Both the position numbers and the translations under genes were made by a program. From an uncultured Candidatus Rokubacteria bacterium (GTDB lineage: Bacteria; Methylomirabilota; Methylomirabilia; Rokubacteriales; DASRDR01), in NCBI GenBank assembly GCA_963708025.1, contig CAVPSB010000049.1, forward strand, positions 160,001 to 224,000: 64,000 nt of DNA, given 5' to 3'. The notes under the pieces are model-generated. The model was not told the origin of the DNA and did no database searches. It saw only the letters and a program-made list of their open reading frames with translations. This document shows positions 8,481-18,151 of the stretch, piece after piece (the first letter of the stretch is position 1; every line of letters begins with the position of its first letter).

Positions 8481-8765
8481 CTACGGGGTCGATGGGGGAT
8501 CGGACTTTCGGCGCGTCGGGCGGCGTCGCGGCCGGGGCGAGCCGGCCGGCCTGGACCGGGGCCGCGGTCGGGCCGGATCGATCCGGACCGGCGCCGTGGC
8601 CGAAGTGGCCGGGACATCCCCGGCGAGCCCACCGTGAGCGGACCGAAGCGCTCGCCGCTGCTTCTCGGCTCGCAACTGGGCCAGCGCCTCGGCCAGCACC
8701 CCCAGCGCGAAGCTGCTCACGTCGAGCCATCGCCCCGGCCGGCGCCGAATCGACGAGTACGTCAC
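8481..8765 (-). CDS. Hypothetical protein
   Basis: 94-aa ORF filling the gap between cobB and the Lys-rich gene in the same orientation. Confidence 0.4.
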   Translation of the reverse strand: MTYSSIRRRPGRWLDVSSFALGVLAEALAQLRAEKQRRALRSAHGGLAGDVPATSATAPVRIDPARPRPRSRPAGSPRPRRRPTRRKSDPPSTP

Positions 8766-8771
8766 GGCCTC

Positions 8772-9545
8772 TCAGCGTGCCGCCCGCGCGCGGAGCGCGC
8801 CGACGAGACCGGCCATGACGTCCCCGGCCTTGCCGGGGATGACGACGTCGGCGAGGTGGTCGAGGTGCGTGGGGGTGAGGTTGACGATGACGAGCCGGGC
8901 GCCGGCCTCCTTCGCGTAGATCGGCATGTACGCGGCCGGGTAGACAACCAGCGACGACCCGACCACCAGGACGCAGCCGGCGCGCCGGGCCCGTTCCTCG
9001 GCGAGCTGCGTCTCGCGGGCCGGCATCGGCTCGCCGAACAGGATCGTGTGCGGCTTGAGGATCCCGCCGCAGGTGCGACAGTCCGGCACCGGCTCCCCCG
9101 ACTCCAGCCGCGCCTGAATCTCGTCGCGGGCGTACGGGGCGGCGCAGCCGAGACAGCGGACGCGCGTGGCGTTGCCGTGCAGCTCGATGACTTTCTCGGC
9201 CGGCGTGCCGGCGCGCTGGTGGAGGTTGTCGATGTTCTGCGTGATCACGCAGTCCAGCAGGCCGAGCGCGTCGAGCGCGGCGATCGCGTGGTGGGCGGGG
9301 TTGGGTCGGGCCGCGCTGACGGTCGCGTACAGCTCGCGGCCGACCGCCCAGTACTTCCGCCGCCCCTCGTCCGAGCGCATGAAGCTCCGGTACGAGAAGT
9401 CGTCGGGATCGTGCCGGGTCCATAGCCCGCCCGGGCCGCGGAAGTCGGGGATCCCCGACTCGGTGGAGACGCCCGCCCCGGTGAAGACGACGACGGGACC
9501 GGCCGTCACGGTGAGGTCGGCGGCCCTGTCGATCAGGTCATCCAT
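8772..9545 (-). CDS. cobB: NAD-dependent protein deacylase (sirtuin)
   Basis: TGAGVSTESGIPDFR, ITQNID, ELHG, CxxC...CxxC, GSSLVVYPAA motifs. Confidence 0.95.
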   Translation of the reverse strand: MDDLIDRAADLTVTAGPVVVFTGAGVSTESGIPDFRGPGGLWTRHDPDDFSYRSFMRSDEGRRKYWAVGRELYATVSAARPNPAHHAIAALDALGLLDCVITQNIDNLHQRAGTPAEKVIELHGNATRVRCLGCAAPYARDEIQARLESGEPVPDCRTCGGILKPHTILFGEPMPARETQLAEERARRAGCVLVVGSSLVVYPAAYMPIYAKEAGARLVIVNLTPTHLDHLADVVIPGKAGDVMAGLVGALRARAAR

Positions 9546-9617
9546 GGTGGAGGCTCGCCATCGAGGCTACCAGATGTAGGGGCCGGGGCTCTGCAAGAAT
9601 TTCGCGGACGGGCTCAG

Positions 9618-9705
9618 TTCGGGACCTCCCGCCCACCCGGTCCTTGGACGGCCTTCGGCCTTTGGCTGGGGGGAGGGGGAGCCGGAGAACCCCATTCCTT
9701 CACAG
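9618..9705. repeat. REP-like repeat with micro-hairpin, directly after the patatin stop
   Basis: Near-identical to 58925-58990 (GACGGCCTTCGGCCTTTGGCTGGGGGGAGGGGGAGCCGGAG.ACCCCATTCCTTCAC). Confidence 0.75.
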
Positions 9706-9709
9706 GCCC

Positions 9710-10657
9710 TCAGTTTCGATAGCCGAGCGCCTCCAGGCAGGCGAGCCCGTCGCGGCGGCCGAGGTCGACCAGCCGTCCGAGCCGCTCACCGTCGAAGTCG
9801 AAGGGCCGGAGCGCGAGCGGCTCGGAGGGCCGCAGCACGCGGATCTCCACCCCCGGGTGCCGGAAGCCGGCCAGCTCGACGTCGCGGAGGATCTCCCGGG
9901 CCAGCGCGATCTCGAACGCGCGCTCGAGGACGGGCTGAACGGTGTCGCCGGCGAGGCGCTGGCCCTCGTAGCCCAGCACGACGAGCAGCCGGTCCAGCGG
10001 ATGCGCGTCCAGCAGCTCGAGGGTCGGGGCCCGCTGGACGATGCCGCCGTCCACGAGGACGCCCCCCGCGTGCGGCACGGCGGGAAAGACCGCCGGGATC
10101 GTCGAGCTCGCCAGGAGCGCCTCGACGGTGAGGCTCTCGTTGTCGAAGCGGCGCGCCTGTCCCGAGGTGAGGTCGGCGGCCAGGACCAGGAGACGGACCG
10201 GGGCCGCCCGGAGCCGCCCCAGGTCCAGGTGGCGCTCGATCGTCCGGCGGAGCGGCGCCGGGTCGAGGACGGCCCGGGCCTTACGGAGATAGGCGAGCCC
10301 GAGCCAGCCGGGCAGCAGGCCGCCGAAGACCGTCGCCGCCGGATAGGCGAAGACGTCCTCCCGGCGGAGGCTGCGCCAGAGGCCGGCCAGGCGCGGCGCC
10401 TCGCCAGTCGCCACCAGGACCGCGTTGAGCGCGCCGGACGAGGTGCCGGCCACGGCCGCCGGGACCACACCCCGGTCGTGGAGGGCGAGGGCCACCCCCG
10501 CCTCGTACGCCGCCTTGGCCCCACCCCCGGAGAAGACCACGCCGACCCGCAGGCCGGCCGGCTCGCGTCCACTCGGCTCGCAGGCGGCCGCCGGCCACGG
10601 CGCCACCACGGCGGCAACGAGCATCACCGCCCCCCAGCGGTTCAAGCTGGGAGTCAC
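9710..10657 (-). CDS. Patatin-like phospholipase with predicted signal peptide
   Basis: SGGGAKA, GTSSG and DGG motifs; hydrophobic N-terminus. Confidence 0.9.
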   Translation of the reverse strand: MTPSLNRWGAVMLVAAVVAPWPAAACEPSGREPAGLRVGVVFSGGGAKAAYEAGVALALHDRGVVPAAVAGTSSGALNAVLVATGEAPRLAGLWRSLRREDVFAYPAATVFGGLLPGWLGLAYLRKARAVLDPAPLRRTIERHLDLGRLRAAPVRLLVLAADLTSGQARRFDNESLTVEALLASSTIPAVFPAVPHAGGVLVDGGIVQRAPTLELLDAHPLDRLLVVLGYEGQRLAGDTVQPVLERAFEIALAREILRDVELAGFRHPGVEIRVLRPSEPLALRPFDFDGERLGRLVDLGRRDGLACLEALGYRN

Positions 10658-10830
10658 GTCTGGGCCACCTGGCATTCTGGTTGGCCGCGAGCGGTCACGG
10701 CCGCGAGGATCCACATTCGCCGGTCGGCGTCGGGTTCCAGGACCCGCACCCGCTCGCCTCGCGGTTATCGCGGAGGGCGGCTTCTCCCACCGGACCCGGG
10801 GGCTGCCGAGCAGGCGCCGGCAAGCCGCTC

Positions 10831-11271
10831 CTACTTCTGTCCAGCCTTCTTCGACAGGGAGGCCTGCAGGTCCTTCTCGATGTTTTTCAGCCACCCCTTG
10901 GGAATCGCGGGCTCGAGCTGACCGGTTTGGGGCGACTTGTAGCGCGAGTCGTTCAGGATCTTGACCAGTGGCCCCTCGACTTTCAGGATGACCTTGGCGT
11001 CGAAGCCGCGGTGCACGAGCGTGCCGACGACCTGCTGCGGCGAGCGTTCCGTCACCGTCCACTTGCGGCCCTCGAGCGTCGACACCAGCGCCGACTCGAC
11101 CTCGGCTTCGGTCAGGCTCGGGGGCAGCGGCACCGACAGCGGCTGGGCGTTGTACTTCGCGGCTTCATCGCCACCCATGACCGTCTGACCCGCGACAGGC
11201 ACCGGCGTCCTCAGCATCGCTCCCACGAGCGCGAGCGCGGCGACCACCCAGACCACGTGTCTCGATCTCAT
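10831..11271 (-). CDS. Hypothetical exported protein
   Basis: GGAGG RBS, signal peptide, folded-looking domain ending GWLKNIEKDL. Confidence 0.75.
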   Translation of the reverse strand: MRSRHVVWVVAALALVGAMLRTPVPVAGQTVMGGDEAAKYNAQPLSVPLPPSLTEAEVESALVSTLEGRKWTVTERSPQQVVGTLVHRGFDAKVILKVEGPLVKILNDSRYKSPQTGQLEPAIPKGWLKNIEKDLQASLSKKAGQK

Positions 11272-11456
11272 CGCATCACCTCCGACGCCCCGCCATCCAG
11301 GCCGCGCCGCGCGCGTCGTCACCGGCCGGTCCAGGCGGGGGGACCGAGCTCGCTTCGACACGCCTCCCCTCCGAGTTCACGGAGTCCTCCGCCCTGCGAC
11401 CACGAGCCAGATCCACGACTCGTTGCCCGTCGAGTCCGCGGGGTGCGGTCATCGGA

Positions 11457-12641
11457 CTACGGCTGACCGAGGACGGCCACGCAGGCGACCGCACCCGGGC
11501 CGCCCAGCGTGTGGGCCAGGCCGGTGCGGGCGCCCTTGACCTGCATCGCGCCGGCCCGCCCCAGGAGCTGGTCAGCGACGTTGTTGATCATCCGCACGCC
11601 GGAGGCGCCGACCGGGTGGCCGCAGGACTTGAGGCCGCCCGAGGTGTTGACCGGGAGGTCGCCGCCGAGCCGGGTCACCCCGGCGGCGGCGAGCCGGTGG
11701 CCCTCCCCCGGCCGGGCGAAGCCGAGGTCCTCGTAGTTGATGATCTCGGTGATCGTGAAGCAGTCGTGGCACTCGGCGACGTCGATCTCTTTCGCCGGCG
11801 CCGTGATCCCGGCCATCCGGTACGCGGCCTGGGCCGCCTCGCGCGTGGCCTTGAACGAGGTGAAGCTCCACGACGGGTCGAACTGGGTGTTCCAGTAGCC
11901 GGCGGCGACGCTGAAGGCGATGCCGCGGATGAGCACGTGCGGCCGGCCGCTCCGGGCCGCCAGGTCCGCCCGGGTCAGGATGCAGGCGGCGGCCCCGTCG
12001 GTCGTGGGGCAGCAGTCGAAGAGCCCGAGCGGCTCGGCGACCTTCGGCGCCTTCGCGTGCTGGTCGGCGGTGATCGGTTTCTGGAAGTGCGCCTTGGGGT
12101 TGAGGCTCCCGTGGTAGTGGTTCTTCACCGCAACCGGCCCCAGCGCCGACTCGTCGACCCCGTACTCCTTGAAGTAGCGGGTCGCCAGGAGGGCGAACAT
12201 CCCGGGCGCCGTGCGCCCCTTGCACAGGACCGGGTGGCCGCGCTCGACGGCCTGGGCGACCAGGCTGCCCCGCGACGGCACCTCACGCATCTTCTCGGCC
12301 CCCACCGCGAGGACGACGTCGTACTCCCCGGACGCGACGGCCAGGGCGGCGTTCCGCACGGCCTCCATGCCGGAGGCGCAGTAGGCGGCGACCCGCGTGA
12401 TCGGGATCGGGGGCAGGTTCAAGGTGTCCCCGACGAACGTCCCGGCGTTCCCCTCGTAGCCGTAGAGGAACGGCTCGTAGGTTCCGAGCCAGCCCGCCTG
12501 GATCGCCCGGGGCTCCACCTGCGCGTCCGCCATGGCGGCGGTGGCCGCCTCGTACACCATGTCCGTGTACGACTGGTGGAAGTTCTCCCCGAACTTGATG
12601 GTGCCGGTGCCGACGATGGCGACCTGGTTGGCGAGCCCCAT
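11457..12641 (-). CDS. Thiolase family (SCP2-type) acetyl-CoA acetyltransferase
   Basis: CASG, GAEKM, KNH, DCCPTTDGAA, ECHDCF, NTSGGLKSCGHPVGASG motifs. Confidence 0.93.
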   Translation of the reverse strand: MGLANQVAIVGTGTIKFGENFHQSYTDMVYEAATAAMADAQVEPRAIQAGWLGTYEPFLYGYEGNAGTFVGDTLNLPPIPITRVAAYCASGMEAVRNAALAVASGEYDVVLAVGAEKMREVPSRGSLVAQAVERGHPVLCKGRTAPGMFALLATRYFKEYGVDESALGPVAVKNHYHGSLNPKAHFQKPITADQHAKAPKVAEPLGLFDCCPTTDGAAACILTRADLAARSGRPHVLIRGIAFSVAAGYWNTQFDPSWSFTSFKATREAAQAAYRMAGITAPAKEIDVAECHDCFTITEIINYEDLGFARPGEGHRLAAAGVTRLGGDLPVNTSGGLKSCGHPVGASGVRMINNVADQLLGRAGAMQVKGARTGLAHTLGGPGAVACVAVLGQP

Positions 12642-12649
12642 GATGCCTC

Positions 12650-13687
12650 CTACTTCTCGGCCAGGTACATGATCCGGGTCGGGTTCGGCTGCTCGATCCG
12701 CCGCGCAGCCGGGAAGCCGGCCTGCTCGAGGAGCGTCCGCAGCTCGGGGATCGTGATCATCCCGCAGCCAACCAGCACCTCGTGGTGCTGGATCCCGGCC
12801 AGCATCCGGTAGGCCGGCTGCTCGCGGTACTCCTCGATCGTGCCCGGGTAGGGCAGCTCCGAGATCAGGAGCGCCCCGCCCGGCGCCAGCGCCCGGCGGA
12901 CGCGCCGCAGCACCTCTTCCCACTCCGGCCGCTCGCCGGTCTCGTGGAGCGCTATGTTCATCACCGCCAGGTCGAACTCGTCCGCGTACTCCATGGCGAG
13001 GGCGCTGGTGGCGGCCACCCGCACCCGGCCCCCGACCCCCGCCTCGGCCAGGTTGCGGGCGGCGAGGTCGAGCATCGGCGGATCCACCTCGAGCCCGAGA
13101 CCGCGGGCCGCGGGGAAGCGGCGACTCATGTGGATCAGCCCGTACGCCGCGCCGCACCCGATGTCCAGGATCGCCCCGCCCCGCTCGAGCCGGGCCAGCA
13201 GCGCCGGCGCCTGCGGGAGCACGATCTCGGTCATGATCGAGAAGTCCGGCTTGGTGTTCTCCATGATCCCCCGGACCAGCTCGGGGGCGTGGTCCTTCCG
13301 GGGGAACGGCTTGCCGTCGGCCAGGCGCGCCGGGAACGCGGCGAAGTCCTCGCCGAAGGCGACGCTCAGCTCGACGCGGCCGCCGAGGTACTGCGGATCA
13401 CGGGGATCGAGGAGCAGGTTGGCCATGTGAGGCGCCAGCCGGAAGCCGGCCGCCGGGTCGACGTCGAGCAGCTCGTAGGCGTAGGCGGCGCGACACCAGA
13501 CGCGGACGTACCGCGGCTCGTAACCGAGCCGCTTCGCCAGGTCGTCGGCCGTCATGCCGGCTCCGGCGTCGTGGATCGCCTGGAAGAGCCCGGCCTTCCG
13601 CCCGATGGCCGCCACCCAGGTCCCCTGGAAGCCCCCCAGGTAGCCGAACAGCTTCCGGAACTGCTCCTCGCGCGTGGGCACCCTCAT
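12650..13687 (-). CDS. Class I SAM-dependent methyltransferase with N-terminal winged helix
   Basis: ILDIGCGAA motif I, ALHE, LAPGG; N-terminal GLF...LAKRLG...YVRVW wHTH pattern. Confidence 0.88.
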   Translation of the reverse strand: MRVPTREEQFRKLFGYLGGFQGTWVAAIGRKAGLFQAIHDAGAGMTADDLAKRLGYEPRYVRVWCRAAYAYELLDVDPAAGFRLAPHMANLLLDPRDPQYLGGRVELSVAFGEDFAAFPARLADGKPFPRKDHAPELVRGIMENTKPDFSIMTEIVLPQAPALLARLERGGAILDIGCGAAYGLIHMSRRFPAARGLGLEVDPPMLDLAARNLAEAGVGGRVRVAATSALAMEYADEFDLAVMNIALHETGERPEWEEVLRRVRRALAPGGALLISELPYPGTIEEYREQPAYRMLAGIQHHEVLVGCGMITIPELRTLLEQAGFPAARRIEQPNPTRIMYLAEK

Positions 13688-13696
13688 CCGTCCCGG

Positions 13697-14626
13697 TCAG
13701 CGGGCGGCGTACGTCGCGGGATCCTGGTCGAACCGGCGCTTGCAGCCGGCGCCGCAGAAGTAGACGCGCCGGCCCGCGACCTCGGACACGTACCGGGCCT
13801 GGGCGATCTCGACGGTCATGCCGCAAATCGGGTCGAGGGCATCCACGCCGAGAGCCGGTTCGGCAGCGAGCGCGGCCGGGGGCGGCTCGGGCTGGCGCGT
13901 CCGCCGGGCCTGGACGATCTCAGCCAGGATGCTGACGGCGATCTCCTCGGGGGTCACCGCGCCGAGATCGAGGCCGGCGGGCGCCTTGAGTCGCTCCGTC
14001 GGAACGTCGCGCGCCGTCAGTGTCTCGACCACCGCCCGGGCCCGCTTCGGGCTTGCGACCAGGCTGACGTAGCACGCCTCGGTTCTCAAGATACGCTCCA
14101 GGGCCGCCTCGTCGAAGCGCCCGTGGGTCGCCACGACGACCGCCGTCTCCGGGGCCAGGGCCACCCTCCCCAGCTCCGGCTCGCCCGCCACCGCGGTCAC
14201 CTCGAAGCCCACCGCCACGGCCAGCGTGGCCAGGGTCGCCACGACCGGGCCGCTCCCGACCAGGACGAGGGACGGCTTCGGGAGCACCGGCTCGACGTAG
14301 ATCTCCAGCGTGCCGCCGCTGTGACAGGGCATCGCGTGCTCCCTCACACCCTCCCGCGGGCTTCCGTGGGGCCGGGTCCCCTCGCCGGCCAGGGCCAGCA
14401 GCCGGGGCTGGCCGTCGCGCATGGCGGCCAGGGCCTCCCGCACGACGAGGGGCTCGGCGCAGCTCCCGCCGATCCACCCCACCACCGTGCCGTCCGGTCG
14501 GACGAGGGCCTTGGCGCCGACCTTCGCCGAGGTGGGCCGCTCGCAGCGGACGACCGTCGCCAGCGCGAACGGCTCCCCCCGCCGGGACAGCTCGAAGGCC
14601 TGCGCCAGCAGGCTGTCGGCGCTCAC
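13697..14626 (-). CDS. coxF: XdhC/CoxF family molybdoenzyme maturation factor with C-terminal YHS domain
   Basis: GWIGGSCAE, CHSGGTLEIYVEP, APAGLDLGAVTPEEIAVSILAE; C-terminal DPICGM...YFCGAGC. Confidence 0.88.
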   Translation of the reverse strand: MSADSLLAQAFELSRRGEPFALATVVRCERPTSAKVGAKALVRPDGTVVGWIGGSCAEPLVVREALAAMRDGQPRLLALAGEGTRPHGSPREGVREHAMPCHSGGTLEIYVEPVLPKPSLVLVGSGPVVATLATLAVAVGFEVTAVAGEPELGRVALAPETAVVVATHGRFDEAALERILRTEACYVSLVASPKRARAVVETLTARDVPTERLKAPAGLDLGAVTPEEIAVSILAEIVQARRTRQPEPPPAALAAEPALGVDALDPICGMTVEIAQARYVSEVAGRRVYFCGAGCKRRFDQDPATYAAR

Positions 14627-15180
14627 GCCTTGTCCGTCTCCCCGCCCAGGAAGCGCTTCACGGCCTGGCCCACCGCCTTGGCGCCGAGCGAGAGCGCATC
14701 GAGCGATTGCGGGGCGTCCGGGGCCGGCGCCCCCGCCAGCTTCTGCTGCATGTTGGCGGCGAACTGGCGGAAGATCTGCGTCGACACGCTCTCGATCATC
14801 CCCCGGCCCAGCTGGGCGAGGAGCCCCCTGAGGCTCACCTCCGAGGCGACCCGGACCTCGGTGCCGCCGTTCGTCGGCTGGAGGCGGCTCTGCATCCGCA
14901 TCTCGGCGCCCCCCCGCCCCTTGACGTCTTGGCCGCTGCCCACCATCCCCGCCTCCCAGCGGTCGGGGTCGAGTCGGTCGAAGCGGATGGTGCCCTTGTA
15001 ACTCGTGGTGACGGGTCCCACCTTCACGGTCATGGTTCCCCGCCAGGTCCGCTCGTCCACCTGCTCCGTGATCGCCGCGCCGGGGAGGCAGGTCGCCACC
15101 TCGCGCGGGTCGGTCAGGAGCGCCCACACGCGCTCCGGCGGCGCCTCCAGGACGACGGTCTGCTCGATCTTCAGGGCCAT
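14623..15180 (-). CDS. coxG: CoxG/SRPBCC family CO dehydrogenase accessory protein
   Basis: PERVWALLTDP..VATCLPGA, VKVGPV...YKG, GLLAQLGRGMI motifs. Confidence 0.9.
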   Translation of the reverse strand: MALKIEQTVVLEAPPERVWALLTDPREVATCLPGAAITEQVDERTWRGTMTVKVGPVTTSYKGTIRFDRLDPDRWEAGMVGSGQDVKGRGGAEMRMQSRLQPTNGGTEVRVASEVSLRGLLAQLGRGMIESVSTQIFRQFAANMQQKLAGAPAPDAPQSLDALSLGAKAVGQAVKRFLGGETDKA

Positions 15181-15224
15181 GGACTCCTCACTCGCCCAGC
15201 CGGCGGGTCGCACGTCCGCACTCG

Positions 15225-15303
15225 TTTGTATGCCCGGCCGCGCCGGATGTCAATGTGGCCGGCCGGGCGAAATTGGACAGTGACGACGGCATCCTGCTAG
15301 ACT
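15225..15303. promoter_or_regulatory. Back-to-back divergent sigma70-like promoters (coxG and MCP gene)
   Basis: Minus: TTGACA(15253-15248)-N17-TACAAA. Plus: TGGACA(15274)-N18-TAGACT with a TGn extension. Confidence 0.55.
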
Positions 15304-15409
15304 TCCGGACCACGATGGTTTCCACGGACGCGGGCGACCTCGCGCGCTTCGGGGGCAAGCGGCGACGTCGTGAGCGGGCCGGCGGCGCGCCGCCCGGCGA
15401 CCTCCCACG

Positions 15410-17395
15410 GTGGCGCAGGCCGCGACCACGTCCCGAGTGGAAGGGGCGCCACCCTGGCCTGGACGCTCGACGGCGCTCTCGGGTGGCCTGCTGGTCCTCG
15501 CGAGCGTCTTGTGGCTGGCGGGGCTGCCGCCGGCCCTCGTCGCCGCCCTCGCCGCTGCCGGCACCGTCGGCACGGTGACCGGACTCCTCTGGCTGGGCTC
15601 GTCCCGGGCGCTCCAGCGCAACCTGGAGCTGGCGCGCCGGGCGACGCCCGAGCTGTCCTCGACCGCGCACCGGCTGTCCGACCTGGCCGACGCCATCGCC
15701 GGTGGCGCCCAGGGGCAGGCGTCGCGAGTCGGCGAGGTCGCGGCGGCGGTGGAGGAGCTCTCGGCGTCGGTCGTCGACGTGGCCCGGCACGCCGACCACG
15801 CGTCTGACTCCGTCAAGCAGAGCGTGGCCTCGACGGAGGACGGCTTCCGCCAGGCCCGCGAGGCGATCGCGGCCATCCGGCGCGTTGCCGCCTCGCTCGA
15901 GCGGTCGGCCGCCGTCATCCAGAAGCTCGAGGAGACCCAGGGGCGCATCGCCGCCGTCGTCAACGTCATCCGCCAGGTCGCGAACGAGACGAACCTGCTG
16001 GCCCTGAACGCCGCCGTGGAAGCCGCCCGCGCCGGCCAGCACGGCGCCGCGTTCGCGGTGGTGGCCGGCGAGGTCCGGGACCTGGCCAACCGGACCAAGA
16101 CCGCCACCGGCGAGATCGCCGCCATGGTGACCGGCGTCGTGAACGAGATCGGGCGGGCGGTGGACACCGTCCGGGGCGTCGGCGCCGAGGTCGACGCCGG
16201 CGTGCGTCTGGTCACGGCCAGCGGCGAGCACTTCGGGGCCATCCGCGAGCGTGTGGCACAGATGCAGGACGCCGTCGCGCAGATCGCCCAGGCCGCCACC
16301 CAGCAGTCCTCGGCCACGCGCGACATCGCGCGGGCCATGGAGGCGCTGACCGCGGCCAGCCACGCCGCCGCCGGCCAGGCCAGCACCGTGTCGCAGGCCA
16401 GCCAGACCCTCACGGTGCTGGCCGACGAGATGGGGGGCCGGCTCCAGGCCCGCCACTCGGCGCTCGTCCGTCGCGGACGCTCCCGCGTGCTCCGGCTGGT
16501 GCTCCTCGAGCAGGGCTCCCTGGCGCCGCGAGCGCTGCTGCGCATGGCGGATCGGATCGAGGCGGCGTCGGGCGGGCGCCTCCGGGTCGAGCGGATCGTC
16601 GACGAGAGCCTGGGCGAGCGTGACATGATCGCCCAGCTCCGGCGCGGGGAAGCGGCGTGCAGCTTCTCCACCGCCGTCGTCCTCTCCAACTACGTCCCCG
16701 CGCTGCAGGCGCTCGCGCTCCCCTACGCGTTCGGAAGCTACCAGGAGCTCTTCCGGGTGGTCGACGGCCCGGTCGGCATGAGGCTCCTCGACCGCCTCCG
16801 CCCGCTCGGGCTCCTCCCCCTGGGATTCCTCGAACACGGCCCGCGCCACTTCACCAGCCGCCGGCCCATCCGGCAGCCGGGCGACCTGCGCGGGATGGTC
16901 ATGCGGATCCAGGAGTCGAGCGTGGGCAAGGCCTTCGCGCATGCCCTCGGCGCCACCCCTCGCGCCCTGTCCCGGCCCGAGTTCCGGCGGGAGCTGGAGC
17001 GCGGGGCGATCGACGCTTCCGACAACACGCTGGTCATCATCGCGGACTCGCCCGCGATTCGCCGCCACCATCCTTACGTCACCCTCGACGCCCACTGCTT
17101 CACGCCGACCGTCCTCCTGTTCTCCGAGGCGGTCTTCCGCGAGCTGTCCCCCGACCTGCAGGCGATCGTCGCGGAGGCGGCCCGCGAGGCCATCGCCTGG
17201 CAGCGCCAGTCCACCATGACGGTCGAGCCCGAGATGCTCGAGAAGATCCGCCGCGAGGGGGTGACGCTCATCGAGCTGTCACCGGCGGATCGGGAGGCCT
17301 TCGCGCGGGCCGCGCGCGTCGTCTGGGAGCAGCTCGAGCCCGTCGTCGGCCCTGACGTCATGGCCGAGCTCCGGCACGCGCTCGGCCGCGGCTGA
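15410..17395 (+). CDS. Methyl-accepting chemotaxis protein fused to a C-terminal DctP (TRAP solute-binding) domain
   Basis: IRQVANETNLLALNAAVEAARAGQHGAAFAVVAGEVRDLA tip motif, then GGRLRVE...LGERDMI...LPYAF...GPRHFT...DLRGMVMR (DctP) in one frame; start uncertain. Confidence 0.88.
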   Translation: MAQAATTSRVEGAPPWPGRSTALSGGLLVLASVLWLAGLPPALVAALAAAGTVGTVTGLLWLGSSRALQRNLELARRATPELSSTAHRLSDLADAIAGGAQGQASRVGEVAAAVEELSASVVDVARHADHASDSVKQSVASTEDGFRQAREAIAAIRRVAASLERSAAVIQKLEETQGRIAAVVNVIRQVANETNLLALNAAVEAARAGQHGAAFAVVAGEVRDLANRTKTATGEIAAMVTGVVNEIGRAVDTVRGVGAEVDAGVRLVTASGEHFGAIRERVAQMQDAVAQIAQAATQQSSATRDIARAMEALTAASHAAAGQASTVSQASQTLTVLADEMGGRLQARHSALVRRGRSRVLRLVLLEQGSLAPRALLRMADRIEAASGGRLRVERIVDESLGERDMIAQLRRGEAACSFSTAVVLSNYVPALQALALPYAFGSYQELFRVVDGPVGMRLLDRLRPLGLLPLGFLEHGPRHFTSRRPIRQPGDLRGMVMRIQESSVGKAFAHALGATPRALSRPEFRRELERGAIDASDNTLVIIADSPAIRRHHPYVTLDAHCFTPTVLLFSEAVFRELSPDLQAIVAEAAREAIAWQRQSTMTVEPEMLEKIRREGVTLIELSPADREAFARAARVVWEQLEPVVGPDVMAELRHALGRG

Positions 17396-17531
17396 CAGCC
17401 CCCGTCCCGGATCCCTCGGCCCGGACCGCTCTCGCGACGCGCCTCGGAACGCCGGAATCATTGCGCGTCACGCAATGCTTCGCGCCCTTCCTCGAGGCAA
17501 GGCGCCCACCGGCAGGACTCTCCTCCATCCA

Positions 17532-17825
17532 TCAGTTCCGGCCTTCCCAAGAGCTCGGATGACGGTGGAGGTGGACGATCGCCACTATCGTGGGAACGTC
17601 GTTCTCCAGCGTGAAGAACACGCCAAACGGAAACCGGTGCAGGATGGCTCTTCGAGTTTCTCTGAAGACGACGGGGAACTGAAGAGGCGCTTCTTCGATT
17701 CGCCTAAAGGCGGTGCGCGTGGCCTGGAGGAACTCCGCGCCGAGACCGGGCCGCTCGGCCTCGTACCAGAGCGCCGCCTCGAGGGCGTCGGCCTCCGCCT
17801 CCGGGCGAACCCGGAGCTGGCGCAT
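17532..17825 (-). CDS. Type II toxin, RelE/ParE family
   Basis: PEAEADALEAALWYEAERPGLGAEF...RRAILHRFPFGVFF...AIVHLHRHP; adjacent to the antitoxin. Confidence 0.88.
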   Translation of the reverse strand: MRQLRVRPEAEADALEAALWYEAERPGLGAEFLQATRTAFRRIEEAPLQFPVVFRETRRAILHRFPFGVFFTLENDVPTIVAIVHLHRHPSSWEGRN

Positions 17826-18068
17826 CTAGCGAGGCTGTCGCAGCCGCATCTGGAGACGTTCGAGAACTTCCTCCCACGGACGAGCCTCGTGGGGAGCGGC
17901 ACGATGTGCCGCGAGGCGCGCTTCCAGGAGCTCGCGCTGCCAGTCCGCGAGCGGCACCTGCTCGACGCTCGCCGCGATGTGGTCCCACAACGACTGGACG
18001 TAGTCGATCTGCTGATCGATGGGCAGCTCATCGAAACCGGGGGGCGGCATGGGTAAGCGATCACTCAT
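17826..18068 (-). CDS. Addiction module antitoxin component
   Basis: PPPGFDELPIDQQIDYVQSLWDHI...WQRELLEARL...PWEEV pattern; directly upstream of the toxin. Confidence 0.85.
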   Translation of the reverse strand: MSDRLPMPPPGFDELPIDQQIDYVQSLWDHIAASVEQVPLADWQRELLEARLAAHRAAPHEARPWEEVLERLQMRLRQPR

Positions 18069-18151
18069 GACCCCTGAAGTATACTCCAGGGCCGCACCGC
18101 CACGAATCAGCCGGCGTCTCCCCGTCGAAGCGGAACTTCCGCGCCTGGCGG

